A stretch of DNA of 64,000 nt from Phoronis australis (taxonomy: Eukaryota > Animalia > Phoronida): positions 580,094 to 644,093 of the forward strand of contig NMRA01000018.1 of NCBI GenBank assembly GCA_002633005.1, written 5' to 3'. The notes under the pieces were generated by a model. That model ran no database searches. It had not been told where the DNA came from and saw only the letters and a program-made list of their open reading frames with translations. This document shows positions 47,951 through 62,136 of this stretch, in pieces (within the stretch, counting starts at the first letter, position 1; the number at the start of each line of letters is the position of its first letter). The position numbers and the translations under genes are program-made.

Positions 47951-48189
47951 CAGAGGTGGATCTACGGGGGAGGGGTGTTCATGGTGTTCAACCCCCCTAG
48001 GGACACGATTAAAAATAAGATTAAAGAACTGTTGCCAGGAAAACGAAATCAGATATTAAAAAACAAAAAATATCTTACACGGGTGGGGAGAAACACCCTC
48101 CCGACCTTCCCTCCGCTCGGCGCTACGCGCCTCATATTCGCGTAAATCCTAACCCCCGCCCCCTTACTAAAAACGTAGATCTGCCACTG
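47951..48189. mobile_element. hAT-like MITE
   Basis: TIR cagaggtggatctacg / cgtagatctgccactg. Confidence 0.7.
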
Positions 48190-48946
48190 CTCAGTACCAG
48201 CTAAGCTTATGTAAAATAAAAAACCCACATATTTTCTTCATCACAACCTGTTTATTGAAGAAACACTGACAAACATCTAATGAACGACAATTAGAATCAA
48301 AGTTGCTGGAACTGAACGCATTGTCAAACTTTAACATCCAGCAGACCTGCTGAGAATAATTAAAACAACATGGATCCAGAAGAACAATAATCATTAATTT
48401 AGAAGTATAGTGGTGCAGAAATGAACATAGCAATGTGATTTAGAGTAGAAACCACATACAAACACGTGTAATCTGGTGTATACACAGATATCAGTTTTAG
48501 GACAATCAATGGATGTTCAGCAGGCCACACGAATATCGGAATTATTTATAAATTTTCACTTGGTTTACTAAACAAGCACATTCATTCACCGAATGAATTT
48601 TTAGCAGGTACATGTATAAGAATATTTTCAATCACACGAAGTTAACAACGATCTTTTTTCCTAACTTGTAAATGCTTTTAAAAGACATTATAAAACAAAA
48701 TGTCCATCATAGTATCGCTCACATGTAAAGGAAATGTGTTCGCGTTTGAGCAGTCAAATTCTGTTCATATTTAATTGAAGTCTGATTTGGGTCCCCGAAA
48801 GCCAGTACATAGAAATATGCTGGGAACAGGACAAGATCATTCACCACAGCTGGAGATTGTAAGCTCCGATGTTCCTGTTTAGGTAACGCTCATCATTTTT
48901 TCATTCTGTTGTATTTTAACCGAAATCACTCCTGCGAAGTCATAAG

Positions 48947-49390
48947 GGCCTTTCATACTAACGTCGACGCGGTCCTGGATCGCAGTTAAGAGCTCCAGTT
49001 AACATCGCAGTTAATAGATGGATTTAAGACCGCAGCGTCAACGTTGCGGTGCGGTATGAAAGCTTAACTCCGGTCCAATCGAAGTTATCGCCAGGTGCCA
49101 CTGTTATCGTCGACAGTTACAGAGCAGTGCCGTCACTAGTAACTACTTATTTTTTGCTTTAATGATAACCAATCGATTTAAAAATGAGTTTAATGTCATT
49201 TAGCACATTTAAATGTTCCAAATTGTCACATTGAAAAAAAATTTTAGCGTGCAGCGCTACCTTGCGATAACATCGATGACGTCAGCGTCACCAACCCTTT
49301 GCACCGAAGCCAGTGTGAACGGTCCAGTTAACTGCGCTGTTTACGTCGACGCTCCGCTCAGACCGGAGTTAAGTCAATATGAAAGGGCCA
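48947..49390. mobile_element. Harbinger-like MITE
   Basis: TIR ggcctttcata / tatgaaagggcc; internal acgtcgacgc and gttaac repeats. Confidence 0.6.
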
Positions 49391-49970
49391 GTGTGCTGAA
49401 ATTGAAAACAATTCCTTGAAAAACGTAAGAGATATAACATTTTGAACGTTGCATGACCTTTGCACTAATTGACTTTATCCAATGCATTTTAAGCATCTTT
49501 AGGAGAATTATTGCAAAGCCCATGGAAAATGTGTTAAACGCTGAGAATCACAGTTGTCTAACGGTTGACACATCAGAATACATGTACTTGCTGATTGAAA
49601 AGGTCAAATTTTCAGAAGAAAAATGCACCTAATGACCCCATGTTCGCACTAAATGACCTGAAACTTTGGATTCCGATTTGATTTACCTGTGGCAATCAGA
49701 CCTGTCAATTTGAAGTGTCTAGCTCAAACTTTTAGTTTGCACCGAATGACCTTTGACCTATTTCACCTGATTGGATGACTCGATTACTTGGAAAAGTAAT
49801 TTTTTAAATTGTCATGTTGACTTATACCTGTGCACCGAATTTGAAAAAGAAAGCTTTAAAACTGAAGGAGTGTAAGGTTCTGCGTTGGACAGACAAAATC
49901 AAAGTCCGAGTTTGACGGGATGATTTTATTTACTAATTCCACTTGGAACCTCAGTGAAAACTTTGAATCC

Positions 49971-50037
49971 TTGTGAGAACCGTGTGAGAACTGTGTGAGA
50001 ACCGTGTGGGAACTGTGTGAGAACCGTGTGAGAACTG
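49971..50037. repeat. 11-bp minisatellite (tgtgagaac[c/t]g) x~6
   Basis: Directly visible tandem units. Confidence 0.85.
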
Positions 50038-51599
50038 TAAATCTATGAAAATACACAAAATACTAAAAATAAATGACAATATTATGTAAAACCGAATCTA
50101 AATTAAATTATTAACAATAGTCACTCTTAGAAATTAGTCAAAATTACTCAAATGTAACTGAATTGGTATATGAGCTTTAAATCACATTTTACGAACCAAC
50201 ATTTATCTTAAAACATATTATATCCTAGAACATTTCATAGCTCATAAACTCTAATGAGACTTACAGAAATTGCCCCCTTTGATCTTATCCACGCATGAAC
50301 ATCCAATTCTTGTTTTGTGTATGAGTATGATCCTTGTCAGTGACTGAATACACTCCTTGAAACTCTACAGACTCGGTGATCTGCCTAAAATACTTGATTC
50401 TCCAAAGTTACTGAGCTTCCTCGTCTCCTAACTTTTTCTTTTGAGAATGACGCTTATGTTTGCTCCAGAAATATTCATACTCTAAGATATGACTAAACAT
50501 CACATGGACACTGGTCAAGGCATAAGTACATCGGTGTGGGTGTTTCTTAGAATCAACCCACCTAAAGTTGACCACTCCGAAACATATTTTGATGATCATA
50601 TCCTGTTTATCAGAACACTGAGAACTTAGCAGAACTAAAGCTTTTCTGAAGAAATTGCGCAATACTTAAGTTTACCACAAGTTGTTTACAATAACAAGTC
50701 TTATTCTAAAATATTTGTGACCTTCAAAATATGATATTAATTAACACATTTGTTCATAAATTTAATCATCGATTTATAATAAATCGTTACATAATTCTAA
50801 CATTTTTCATCAAAAATGTTACAAGGAGGAGTACCATTTTGAAAATTATATGACCTTTGCACCTAACGACCTCTTCCGGTGCAATATGGAATATGATTAT
50901 GTAACCAATCAAAATTTATACACCGTCAAAGTCATATGCTGAATTTAAAGACCGTATCTGCACCCAATTTGGAGTTATTAAGCCTCAAAGTTGGTCGGAA
51001 GAAGAATAAGAATAAAATTGAAGGAAACCCAGGAACAACAGTACTCTGCGCTTACACGCGCAGAGTAATAAAATTGAAGAAAACCCATTAACAACAGTAC
51101 TCTGCGCTTACACGCGCAGAGTAATAAGAACTAGAAAGATTATTGTCACGGCATAACAATAATGGACTCTGCGCGTGCGTATTACTGCGATTGTTATGGG
51201 AAGTTATTTACAGTAACCCGTTTACCAATATGAGATGGAATTCTTTAAAATTGTAGGAGAAATTACATGTTAATATTTTGGTGACCTTTCCACTAATTGA
51301 CCTTTCCGGTGCCTTATGAGCCCCGATGAGGGAAACATTCTAAACGCAATTAAAAGTATGGTTGATGCTAAGAATCACAGATGTTTTACTTCAAGCACTT
51401 CAGAATACAAGATGAATGAATTGGTAAAACTTTCAGAAGAAAAATGCACCTAATGACCCCATGGGTGCATCAAATGGCTCGAAAATTCAAAATTCAAACT
51501 CAATCGCATTTAGTAAACAGATATTTAATTTTGAAGTCTCTAGCTCAAAATTTTAGTTTGCACTCAATGACCTTCGACCTATATTTTTTGATTGGTTAA

Positions 51600-52908
51600 A
51601 GGCGAAGGCAACTTTTTTCATGTCATTTTTAGCAAAAATAGGGTTCGTTGATTATCCCATACATATTTTTTACTTATTTACAGATTTTCGTACTTTAATT
51701 AATTACTAGTCGTCTACTCCGGAAGTTACGTGTTGGGAGTCAAGAATTTCCCGCCAATTTCTTTTCATACAGTGTGACTGGGAGAGCAGTCGAGCCAGTC
51801 ATTGTTCTACCTCGGTTGTGATAAGTTCGGTCGTCGTTTGCTTTTGTTTATGAGTCAGTCAACATGCCACGCTGTTGCTGCCTACCGAGATGAATTCATC
51901 GTTTCACGTACAGAGGAAGAACTGTCCCACGACACACTCCCACTGGATGGTGACTTGAGCACCTAAACTGATTACATCCCGCCGTGCGACTCCCTTGTCA
52001 CACACGTGGCACCTTCTAAATAGCTCCAATACAAGTCCACAATAAACTTATCAAACTTAGGCTCACCGATCTGTTCATTGGATGACGAACTATCCTTTTC
52101 ACTGGGTGTCAAACTGGGCCTGTATTCACTCCCACTACTCAACATCGCTGCAGGGCTGCTTACAAGCTCTGGGCGAGAGACAACAGCACTCGGGGAATAA
52201 CTACTAGTTTCTGGAATTGCACGCTATGGGATTGGGTACGTTCGGAGGCATGGGTGACAGTAGATGAAGTGCCTCTAGTCACTATATATAGTGGCCACAG
52301 CTTGCGAGGCTTCTCGCTTCAAAAACGCACATCTCGGGGNNNNNNNNNGGTTGTGGCGACGGGGCACTGCCGGGAATCAACAGCGACGGTTTGGAACCCT
52401 TCTTCAGGCGTTGTTTCGCAGGGACCTTCATCAATTCATACATATCTCTGTAGTAATCTGACGGCTGAAAATGCTTGCCACTGCTTTGTGCGTTGCGTGA
52501 ACGGGTAGCGCTGCGTTCTTCACACGAGTGAGCTAGCCAAGTACGGCGAAGTGTGTCATCTTTCGGAAAGCGATGCCTGAGGTACCCAAAGCGCGTGTGA
52601 GACGATAATGAGTACATCCTTGTACGCAGCAACAGCGTGGCATGTTGACTGACTCGTAAACAAAAGCAAACGACGTCCGAACTTATCACAACAGGGGTAG
52701 AACAATGACTGACTCGACTGCTCTCACAGTCAGACTGTATGAAAAGAAATTGGCGCGAAATTCTTGCCTCCCAAAACGTCACATCCGGAGCAGAGGACGA
52801 GAAATTAATTAAATTGCGAAAAGCTGTAATTAAGTGAAATATATGTCTGGGATAATCAACAGACCTTGTTTTTGCTAAAAGTGACATAAGAAAAGGTTGC
52901 CTTTACCT
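51600..52908 (-). mobile_element. Kolobok-like non-autonomous DNA transposon with THAP remnant
   Basis: TTAA TSD both sides; AGG...CCT termini; ~270-bp imperfect TIRs (51600-51870 / 52640-52908); minus-strand HRFPKDDTLRRTW...KHFQPSDY...RLKKGSKPSL is THAP-like. Confidence 0.8.
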
Positions 52909-55900
52909 TTAAGCCTATTGCGTAGTAAAGTAGGGTGTTAAATTGGCATGTTGACTTACACCAGTGTGCTGAAATTGAAAAGAATTCCTTAAAAAATGTA
53001 GGAGATATAACATTTTGAATGATAGATGACCTTTGCACTAATTGACCCTTTCCGGTACATTATAAGCATCTTTTAGAGATTTATTGCAAAGCCCGTGAAA
53101 AGTGTGCTTAATGCTGAGAATCACAGTTGTCTAACGGTTGACACATCAGAATACTTGGTGAATGAAAAGGACTAATTTTCTGAAGAACAGCGCATCTAAT
53201 GACCCCATGGTTGCAATAAATGACCTGAAACTTTGTATTTTGAACTAGACGTAGCAATCAGAGTTGTGAATTTGAAGTGTCTAGCTCAAAATTTTATGAC
53301 CTTTGACCCGTTTTATCTGATTGGATGAGTCGATTGCTTAGAAAAGTAATTTTTTAATTGTCATGTTGACCTATACCTGTGTACCGAATTTGAAAAAGAT
53401 AGCTTTAAAACTGAAGGAGGAGTAGCATTTTGAAAATTATATGACCTTTGCACCAAACGATCTCCTCCGGTGCAATATGGAATATGATTATATAACGAAT
53501 CAAAATTTATGTACTGCCAAAAATCATATGCAGAATTTAAAGAACATACCTGCACCCATTTTGGAGTTATTAAGCCTCGAAGTTGGTTGGAAGAAGAATA
53601 AGAAGAATATGTTACATTAATAATAAAATAATTAATAACAATAAAGAATAAGAATAAGAAAACCCAGGAACAAGAGTACTCTGCGCTTGCACGCGCACAG
53701 TAATAAGAATAAGAATAAGAATAAGAATAAAATTGAAGGAAACCCAGGAACAACAGTACTCTGCGCTTGCAGGCGCAGAGTAATAAGAATAAAAATAAGA
53801 ATAAGAATAAAATTGAAGGAAACCCAGGAACAACAGTACTCTGCGCTTGCAGGCGCAGAGTAATAAAATTGAAGAAAACCCAGGAACAACAGTACTCTGC
53901 GCTTACACGCGTAGAGTAATAAGAATAAGAATAAAATTGAAGAAAACCCAGGAACAACAGTACTCTGCGCTTGCACGCGCAGAGTAATTATGCCGTACAC
54001 GTTATCGCCACCTATTGCGGTTATTCAAGATTAGACGAGTCATATGGAGTTTGTTTTTTTCACTACTGTGAAATTTGTGCACGCTTTGGGAGTTCGGAGT
54101 AAGACGGAATTTGAATAACTAGTGAAGGAACATTCACCAAAAATTAAACTTATAATCTCTAACGAAGCTCAAAAAATTACCGGCTTGGAGCGCTGCTTAG
54201 TCTCGTGACGTATTTGGCGGGGGCAAAGTCACTGTCCTGTGTTAGCGTGCAATCAAGTATCGTTTTTATACTGTCGGAATAAGAAATTTTAGTGTGAAAT
54301 TTCGGGTCACAAGGGATACCTGTTTGAGCCGAAACAACACAAAGTGATACCTAGTCATCGTCATCGTCAGACGAAAATTTGCCGGTGCAACTGGTGTCAG
54401 TGACTGTGCCGAGGGCAATGTGGACTCTAGCCATCCAGTCAGCCAGTTGTCAGCCAATACTCCGGCAGTTCTGTAAACTTGAAGGGTTGGTAAGTTACCG
54501 ACTGTACCTGTATGAAGACTATCGTACCACTGTGTGTTGAGCTCCGTTATCCTCGAAATTTCAGACAGCCGTTGACTACCCGGATATAGTTGACTCAGTT
54601 ATGCTCGTCACCTCGTCGTAAAACTTAGGCTACATCAACATATAAAGCTAACGGACCGGTGGGCGGCGCATGCAAAATCTGATATAGTCACCCGACACTT
54701 CCATTGTTCGTTGCAGCCGTGTAAAAATACTAAAAACTTGAAACAAAATGAAACAAGCTCCGATAATTTGTTATAACATGTACGCAACCTAGGTACCGTC
54801 AGCGACGAACACATGATAAAAGAATCAGGGGGAAAAGAAACTGATAAAGGTCAGGTGACGTAATCGCAAAAAGCCGACTCAAGAAAACACATCACAATTT
54901 TACTAGCACTAGCCGATGAACGATCGCTAACATTTCCAACACCGGTAAATACCGTGACAGAAGTTAGTTTACTCTAGGAACCTGTTTCCTAGGTTTACTC
55001 AAGGATGACTTAGTTTTAATGACATTTATTTGAGTCAGATTTTATTTGTACATTTTTTACCCATTAAACCTGTAGGCCTATATATACACTGAGCTTTGGG
55101 CCAAGGCTTGGGTAACCCGGCGATGGTATGCGATGACCATCCCTTTAGAAGACGCCTTTTTCGAAGAGTTTGAGCAACCAGGTGCCATACAAAAAGGCAT
55201 AGCGAACCTTTTACAGCATTGTGGCAAACAATAAAAAATAAGGACGATTGATAAAATGATAAATTACGATGTAAACTCTTCAAATATGACATAAGCAATG
55301 AATGTGTAAAGCAGCCGATACCCCGCCGTTCACGTCACTGACACATCAGCCAATCAGCGATCGCTTTCAGAATTCAGTGTTTTGACCATGAATTCGAATT
55401 GGCTTTTGTTTGGCACGCAAGTCAGGCAAATGTGAGTTTTATTTGTATGTTAGAACCGATTAAATGCAACATTATTTTGACTACAGTCCCCTTTTAAATA
55501 AATATTTACAAATTAGATTTACAAATTGAATTAAAAATAATTAAAACTTCTGTATGATACACCCAACCTAGAAATGGGGGGCTCGAATTTTTGAGAATGT
55601 GTACCTTTTACTATGATTCATGGGGTATGTTCAGAGCTCTGTGTTGTGCATTCGCTGAATTTTGGTAGTTTCTACCTTCTTAGTGAACTTGGGAACGTGC
55701 GTGTGATGTATACAATTAATTCGATAGAGGGCAAATGACTGAAACGAAGGGATTCATCATCAGAAATCTTCTGAATTTGTTTTAGTTTTATAAACAGAAC
55801 CTGACATATTACAAAATACTAACTTATAGCCAGTGACGTTGGTTATGAGGTAGATTGCGACTCTCTGCTATCACTTTTCTGCACCTAATGTCGCGTGGCA

Positions 55901-56760
55901 CGTAATTTGGCACGTGTATATAGTACAAATGTATCGAAACGTTTGCGCGCGCAGATACTAATTTTGGCACTGATGAAATACGGTCGAATGCAAAAGACGA
56001 AGTTTCGCGAATCCAGCTAAACGAGTCAAAGAGAAGGACACCGTGGCGATGCGAAGGTCAGTGATTAATTTGAATTCATAAGCAAAATTTCTTGTACCTG
56101 TAGTTTGCTGGCGTCAAAATGCGCAGTAGGGATATTTTCTTGTGATTGCTTGTTACTCTGTTGAACTCACAAGCCACGCAGTAACCAGCCAGTTACTGAA
56201 CTTCTGAAGACTATCGAACAGCCATTTCATAGCTTGAGGATAGTCATAGAGCACTGTAGCCTTTACAAAGCTGTATACTCGGGAACCCAATGGTCGTCCG
56301 CCTAAGCATAAAACCGACTTGTTGTCTTTCTCACCCAGTTATTCCACTTCAAAGTTATGCTCTGAATAGGATTTGATTTAACTCTCAGAAATACATAGTA
56401 TTCGTTGATTCAAACTTTTTTTTTTACTCATGTCGAGTGGTTTGAACTGTGCATTGCTTTTCGGTATCCATTTCACAACGCCTTCTAATGGTCGTCATAT
56501 GCTGCCGTCTTTTGAAAGAACATAAAACCACGCAAAAAAGGCCAAGAAAGTAGTGGAAAGTGGTTTACAATAATTTTAGTTCAACCACAAACTGTTCTAC
56601 TGGTATTTTATCGATTTTTAAATCAATTAAATTTGGTTCAGAATTTCAGTTCTGGAAAATGAATCGCTATTGTTCTATTCCAGATAGACCTTACTTGTTT
56701 TCTATTTGTATCCTCTTTATTTGACTTTTTGCTCTTGCTGTTCTTAACACCACTTATCTC

Positions 56761-56923
56761 CAGGGGCGGATCCGGTATTTTGAGTTGGGGGGGGGGGGGG
56801 NGGCAGGGCAATTTTAGCCAGGATTTTGCCCGTCAAACATTCGCACCCCCGTACTGCCAAATGGAATCTGGCGGAATTTTAGGGGGGCATGGCCCCCTTG
56901 GCCCCCCTCTAAATCCGCCACTG
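56761..56923. mobile_element. GC-rich hAT-like MITE
   Basis: TIR caggggcggat / atccgccactg; inverted relative at 42630-42786. Confidence 0.7.
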
Positions 56924-57374
56924 ACCTCTGCTGTCTTTCTTTTTCTTTTCAATTGTTTCTTCATTCTGTGTTAACACCTTGTCAACCAAAACAGAACTGT
57001 AACCCTTTGAGACTTGGTCTGCGGAAGTTGATCATTGAACCTCGATACAGTTGTTCTAATAAATTACCCAATATCGTATTGTTTGATTTTTTTCTCACCT
57101 TTAACAGGCAATCATCAATAAATAAATAAATAAATACCCAAGTTGCGTTTGCATTTTATTGCTCAATCTCTTCTTTTATTTTTAATTATATCATGCTGTG
57201 TTGTATGTAACAGTGCAATATAGTGAAATAAAGTCAATGTTTTACTTTATTGGTGGCCATTCTCTATCAATTCAATTATTTTGATTTTCTTCAAATGAAT
57301 CTAAAATGTCTTAACCAAAAATTTCAACATAAGTTTTGAGGTCAGTACTGTGTTTTGCTGCACGCGAAAGAAGA

Positions 57375-57408
57375 TGGCGGACGACCATCGGAACCTGACG
57401 ACGATAGG
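57375..57408 (+). CDS. Possible first coding exon of an unidentified gene
   Basis: aagATGGCG context in a CpG-rich island; MADDHRNLTTI then G|gtaacc; no downstream exon recognised in the window. Confidence 0.25.
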
Positions 57409-57686
57409 TAACCGAACTATATACTAAATATATTATGACGATAGTCTTCATACAGCTAGCTGGCTGGCTAAGACCACTGTGGTACCAAAGGAAATTGGTT
57501 ACCTTTTCATGCCCAAAAAGCTCTGGGATCCCGGTCTATTATGTTTGGGACCTGATTGCATGTCGAGTGATATTTATAAGGCCTACTTTAACCTATACGC
57601 GGAAGTTTGGTGATCGAACCTGCTAATGACGTCGAGTCGACACTGACCAACCTTTTGAACTTTCCATGTCAGTGTGTTTCAGCAAG

Positions 57687-60075
57687 GAGTGTACTACTAC
57701 AGGAGAGTTCACTCCACCATTTTACCATTCGCCGCAATGGTTACTGGTCGAAACACTAGCGCTCCAAGCGGTGAATAATCAACACTTAGTTAGGAGCGCA
57801 GTCCGAACAACGTAAACACTCATAAATTCATATTTAATGACATTCAACGTGCAATAAAATTACTGTGTGATTGAAAATGGTTAGAATACATAAACTAACA
57901 TCCACTTACAATCGAATGAGAAAGAAAAATGTGTATTTTAATCAATATTAAAGTGTATTTGTTTTTATTCTCTTGAAGCTCCCTTCAATGGTTTTGTTTC
58001 TTGCTTGAGTTCGTAACAAGGCTATTATCTTCCTTATAACAATTCATACCTCCATGGACTACATAATTTGAATGATTGCTCCTGTGGGTTCAGAGGGGAA
58101 TTCCCCCCAGGTGCCAGCTAAGGGGGTACCAGGCAAAAACCAGGTGGGCGCCAAATGGGTGTTGACCACCTCCCATGGGGGTTACATGGGAGGAGTGCTA
58201 AACAGATAAAAACCAATGGGAATGTATGCCACATGGGTGTTGAGCCCCTCCCATCGTCACACATTTTGGTTGCTCCCCTGACCATGGACAAAAGTGTTGC
58301 TCCCAGCTCACTGCTGGTTTCATCTCCACCCAACAATTTCGCATGTGTTCCCTATTCAATGCACCAGGCTACTAGCAATGCAGACAATTGTTTTGTGCAG
58401 TGGGTGTTACACAAGTGAGCTGAAAAAAGCAAGGCAATTCATCACTACCACAAAATCGTAGAACAAATTTAGAACATTCCATTATTTCTTAGACATGGCA
58501 GTATAAGGTAAACTCAATCCCACTCTCCCACTCACCAACAGTTACAAGTCAGTTGCTAATCTGTAGAATAGCTCACAACCTACAAACGGTAGTAACATTG
58601 AAAATATCATCAATAATAACTAGTCAAAGTTCAAAATGCCATGACAACTGAGCAGCAATCAAAATATTCACTTCCCTCATAGCTTCATACAAAACTGAAT
58701 TAAAAAGACTTGGATGACAAAACCAAAAGGTATTTTATATACCCACTCTTCTTATTATTAATAACAGTAAATATTTCATGTAAGTTAAAGCCAGACCACA
58801 AGAGCATATCTGATTCCTAGCCACAACTGGGGCTTAAATTAATCACAATCTCCAAAAACGTACCCAATAGGCAACACATACACCAACCAATACAACAAGA
58901 AAATCTGACCAACCTTGTCACTCTCTATTAATTCACTAGTAAACAACAGCATTTTTCGCCAAAGAAATGCGTTATAAATAAATCCGAAAACTAATTTACT
59001 CACAGAAGTGTTTGTCATTGAGAAGCAAAACGATACGGATAGCTTGGGTTTAACAAAATTTCAGCCCACCATTCAGACTCTGAATGATCCATCAGTTTCC
59101 CTTTGGCTTTCTCGAAATCACAGGCTAACCATTCATAAAATGTTTCAATCTGATCAACCCGTGATGTTCCAGTACTTGCTTTGTCAGACGATAATCAGAA
59201 ATGCAAAAAAGCCTATTCCAGAGCTGTAATATAATTTCCGGAGAACTTTTTCACCCTGACATCTTCATTTTTGGTGGATTCTGGGCATCAAATATTGTTC
59301 GGGCACTGCAGTAAATACCAGCTTGTTCTTCATTCATGAACATGGACTCCTCGAAGTGATGAGAGCATAACTTGCAGTTCTTGGACAAATAGGCTGCATC
59401 TCTTTTCATAAGGTCAGCTCCCAGCGCTTGTACCTGAACAGAAATCAATGACTGAGAGACTTAGGAACAAACCTCATACTCACTAGGTTCACAGAAGACT
59501 GGTAGCCTACACTAAAGTACACTACACTACAGAATTCATGTCGTACTGTGATTGTGATGGAGACAAAAGCATTTTGGTATCAACTGAAAACAACTCGAAC
59601 TCAAATGTTGATCCACGGACATTTTAACAGGGCCGCGCCCCCGCGTCATTGACACATGGAAGTGAGTTTTCAATGACGCACTGCTTAACTCAAATGGTCC
59701 AACTGGCACATTAAAATTATGTTATTTTTTTCACCTTTTCACAGAGACCCAGAGATTCTCTAACTTGACTCATGACAGACTTGTGGCCCTGTGGTTGTGA
59801 TTATGCCATGGCCGTGTGACCAGTCATATTACCCATGGCCATGGGCATGGGTATGTTTTCCTAAAATTATCCCTGCTATCGTACGGGTGACAATTTGGTT
59901 TGGAATTCATGGACTGCAAGTATCCAAAAAGCTGACGATCACATCGTACGTTCATCATAGCCCTTCCGCCGGCAGCCCGGCTGTACAGTAGGCCTAGCCT
60001 ACACTGCAGACAACAGTGGCAACGGGACTGCGATCGACTTGTCTAACAACCGTGAACAGAACACACAGAATGAAT
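57687..60075 (-). mobile_element. Second (inverted, 5'-truncated) copy of the THAP-bearing TIR element
   Basis: Reverse complement of 17230-18115 plus 21690-23318 without the nested insertions; THAP exon 2 remnant at 59251-59440. Confidence 0.85.
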
Positions 60076-60796
60076 GCCAATTATGACTGGCGGATAGAGC
60101 TCGCGTGCTTTACCACTACACCACCACGATTTAACTCCTAATCTGATACTAAGAGACTTACTTGTTGATGGTCCACGGCGTTTGCGCATGAAACCTAATT
60201 CTTTTTGTAATGCTTATTACAGGTCTTATATTTTGTGCAATCGGTTCTTAACAAATTTGTTGTATTTAAAATAGTCTTCAAATGCCGAAAAGACCAAATC
60301 CGTGTTTCGTGTTGGCAATAATGACGGGATTGCTTTGGAAATCGTCTTAAGTTAAGGTTTGACAAAGAGAGAATTATGAGTTTCTGAGTGATTCACTAAG
60401 TCTTCGATTAAAATTCACATCTTACCAGCAGCTTCTGTTTTTTCATCGTCACTCAGGTTCCATTTTCTTTAAAAAATGAAATTGCACAGTGGAGCAGACG
60501 ACGGAAACGGAGTCGTAGTGCGCAGCGCCACTGCAGGTCGCCTGGGATATTGCGGGAGAGCCTATACTTAGCCATAGCTCCGTTATGAATGCGCCGTGTT
60601 CTGAATTTGGCACTTGAAATTGGATCTGAGTCCCCCCCTGAAACACCAAAAATGCATACATTTAAATCTTGTTTCATCGGTATAATTTTAATTACCGGGG
60701 TTAATTAATGAACTCAACTTTTCCCTTAGCTCTTGCTGTTTTATTTTTTTGCGGCAGCCAAGGGGGGGGGGGGCCTGCCCCCCTAAATCCGCCTAT

Positions 60797-61300
60797 GCAC
60801 AAGTGGGATTGTACGTATCACATGAGTTCGCCAAAACACTTCCAGTCAAGCGGAATGGTCGATTCAGCGGTCAAGGCAGCTAAGACGTTACTTCGCAAGT
60901 GTAAGAGATCTCAGACAGGTCCCTATTTGGCTATTCTGGAGTCACGCAATAACCCCCAACATGATGTGGGTAGTAGCCCAGCTCAACGATTACTTGGTCG
61001 CTTCACACGATTTCTGGTGTCCGTCGTAGCCAGATTGTTAGCTGCACGTGGCGAGGCCTCACACTCGTATTACAGCGACAGTTACAAAATGGATGAAATG
61101 ACCCGTTCACAAGCTCAACGTTACAATCAACATGCCAAGGACCTACTTTACTTTTGGAAGGTGACTCTGTGCGAATTTAACTAAGTCAACATGGCATCAA
61201 GGAGTGGGAGAAAACATTTGTGACTAAGCGACTTGGTGACAAATCTTATGAAGTGCAAACCCCTAACGGATGGTACACACGCTATAGAGTGCAACTCCGC
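60797..61300 (+). pseudogene. Gypsy/Ty3 integrase C-terminal relic
   Basis: W...HMSSPKHFQSSGMVDSAVKAAKTLLRK...PYLAILESRNNP...SSPAQRLLGR...YNQHAKDL, then frameshifted W...DKSYEVQT; typical of marine-invertebrate Gypsy integrases. Confidence 0.85.
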
Positions 61301-62136
61301 AAGTCCTATGAGCCTCCATCCACTGTATCGGGCAATCCTCTGTCTGCGGCACAAACCCGCGTTGATGTATAGTCTGTAGTGATAGGAGAAATTGCTCGTT
61401 GAAAAAGTATTTTGCTAGGTCTGATCCGCTACTGGCTTTCATCAAAGTCATTAAACAACCAAACTCACTCGAAGTGCAAATTCTTTCCACTGTTTGTTCG
61501 CAGCCCAAACTTTGCCACTTAACTCGACGTTTGAAAAACATCAGTCGAAAAAAATCCGTGAAACGATGCACTAACTGGATGACCTATTTGGATGCTCGGG
61601 AACAGTTCAGTGCAAATTTCACAACAAAAATGTGGTACTTGTGCTGTTTACGTACTTAACAATTAGTTTTCAATGAAATCAATAGCCTCGAAGTAATTCC
61701 CGACTCCCTACGCGCGGGTTTCCATCGGGTAATGGTGAGTTTGCTTCTCAATACCTTCCAAGTGCAGGAAATATAGGTGAGTCACAAAACGACACGCATG
61801 TCAGTAGTGATAACTTTCTTTCGGAGGTATAAAACAAAGCCGGTATTTGGTTTTACAATTTGAGAAAAGACTTTTTTTGAAAACTGAATTTGTTGTGTAA
61901 ACATGCGCGCACCCAGTCTAAAATACATGTATAGGGGGGATAGAATTCTTCGATATGTGGACCTTTTACTGAAAAAAATCAACGAGGACTAAGAAAAAAC
62001 GGGGCCACTTGGTTCAGGCCTGCCAATCGTGCATCCGCTGTGGACTTTGTTGACTTTTGTCTCGTTTACTTATTATTTCACTAGGGCGGATCTTTTTGCC
62101 CAATTCGCCAAATTGGGCCCCATCCCCTCCCTGGTA

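Larger units (their letters stand above)
49390..53990 (+). mobile_element. Tandem Helentron/HINE-like elements (TGACC family) with amplified 3' hairpin units
   Basis: Repeated tgacctttg(c)ac blocks (49390-49860 is similar to 52960-53420). A new element starts aactag...actctgcgcg near 51130. The 3' units aataag-microsatellite plus tactctgcgcttgcacgcgcagagta hairpin occur x2 (51015-51125) and x5 (53640-53990). Confidence 0.7.

Noticed and set aside
53361-54000. Hydrophobic 73-198 aa ORFs, and a CRISPR-like repeat/spacer appearance
   Set aside because: These are translations of tandem repeats. The spacers are just variable (aataag)n, there are no cas genes, and the context is eukaryotic.
60090-60128. 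tRNA-like A box on the minus strand (GTGGTGTAGTGGTAAAGC)
   Set aside because: No B box or body follows; at most a truncated SINE head.
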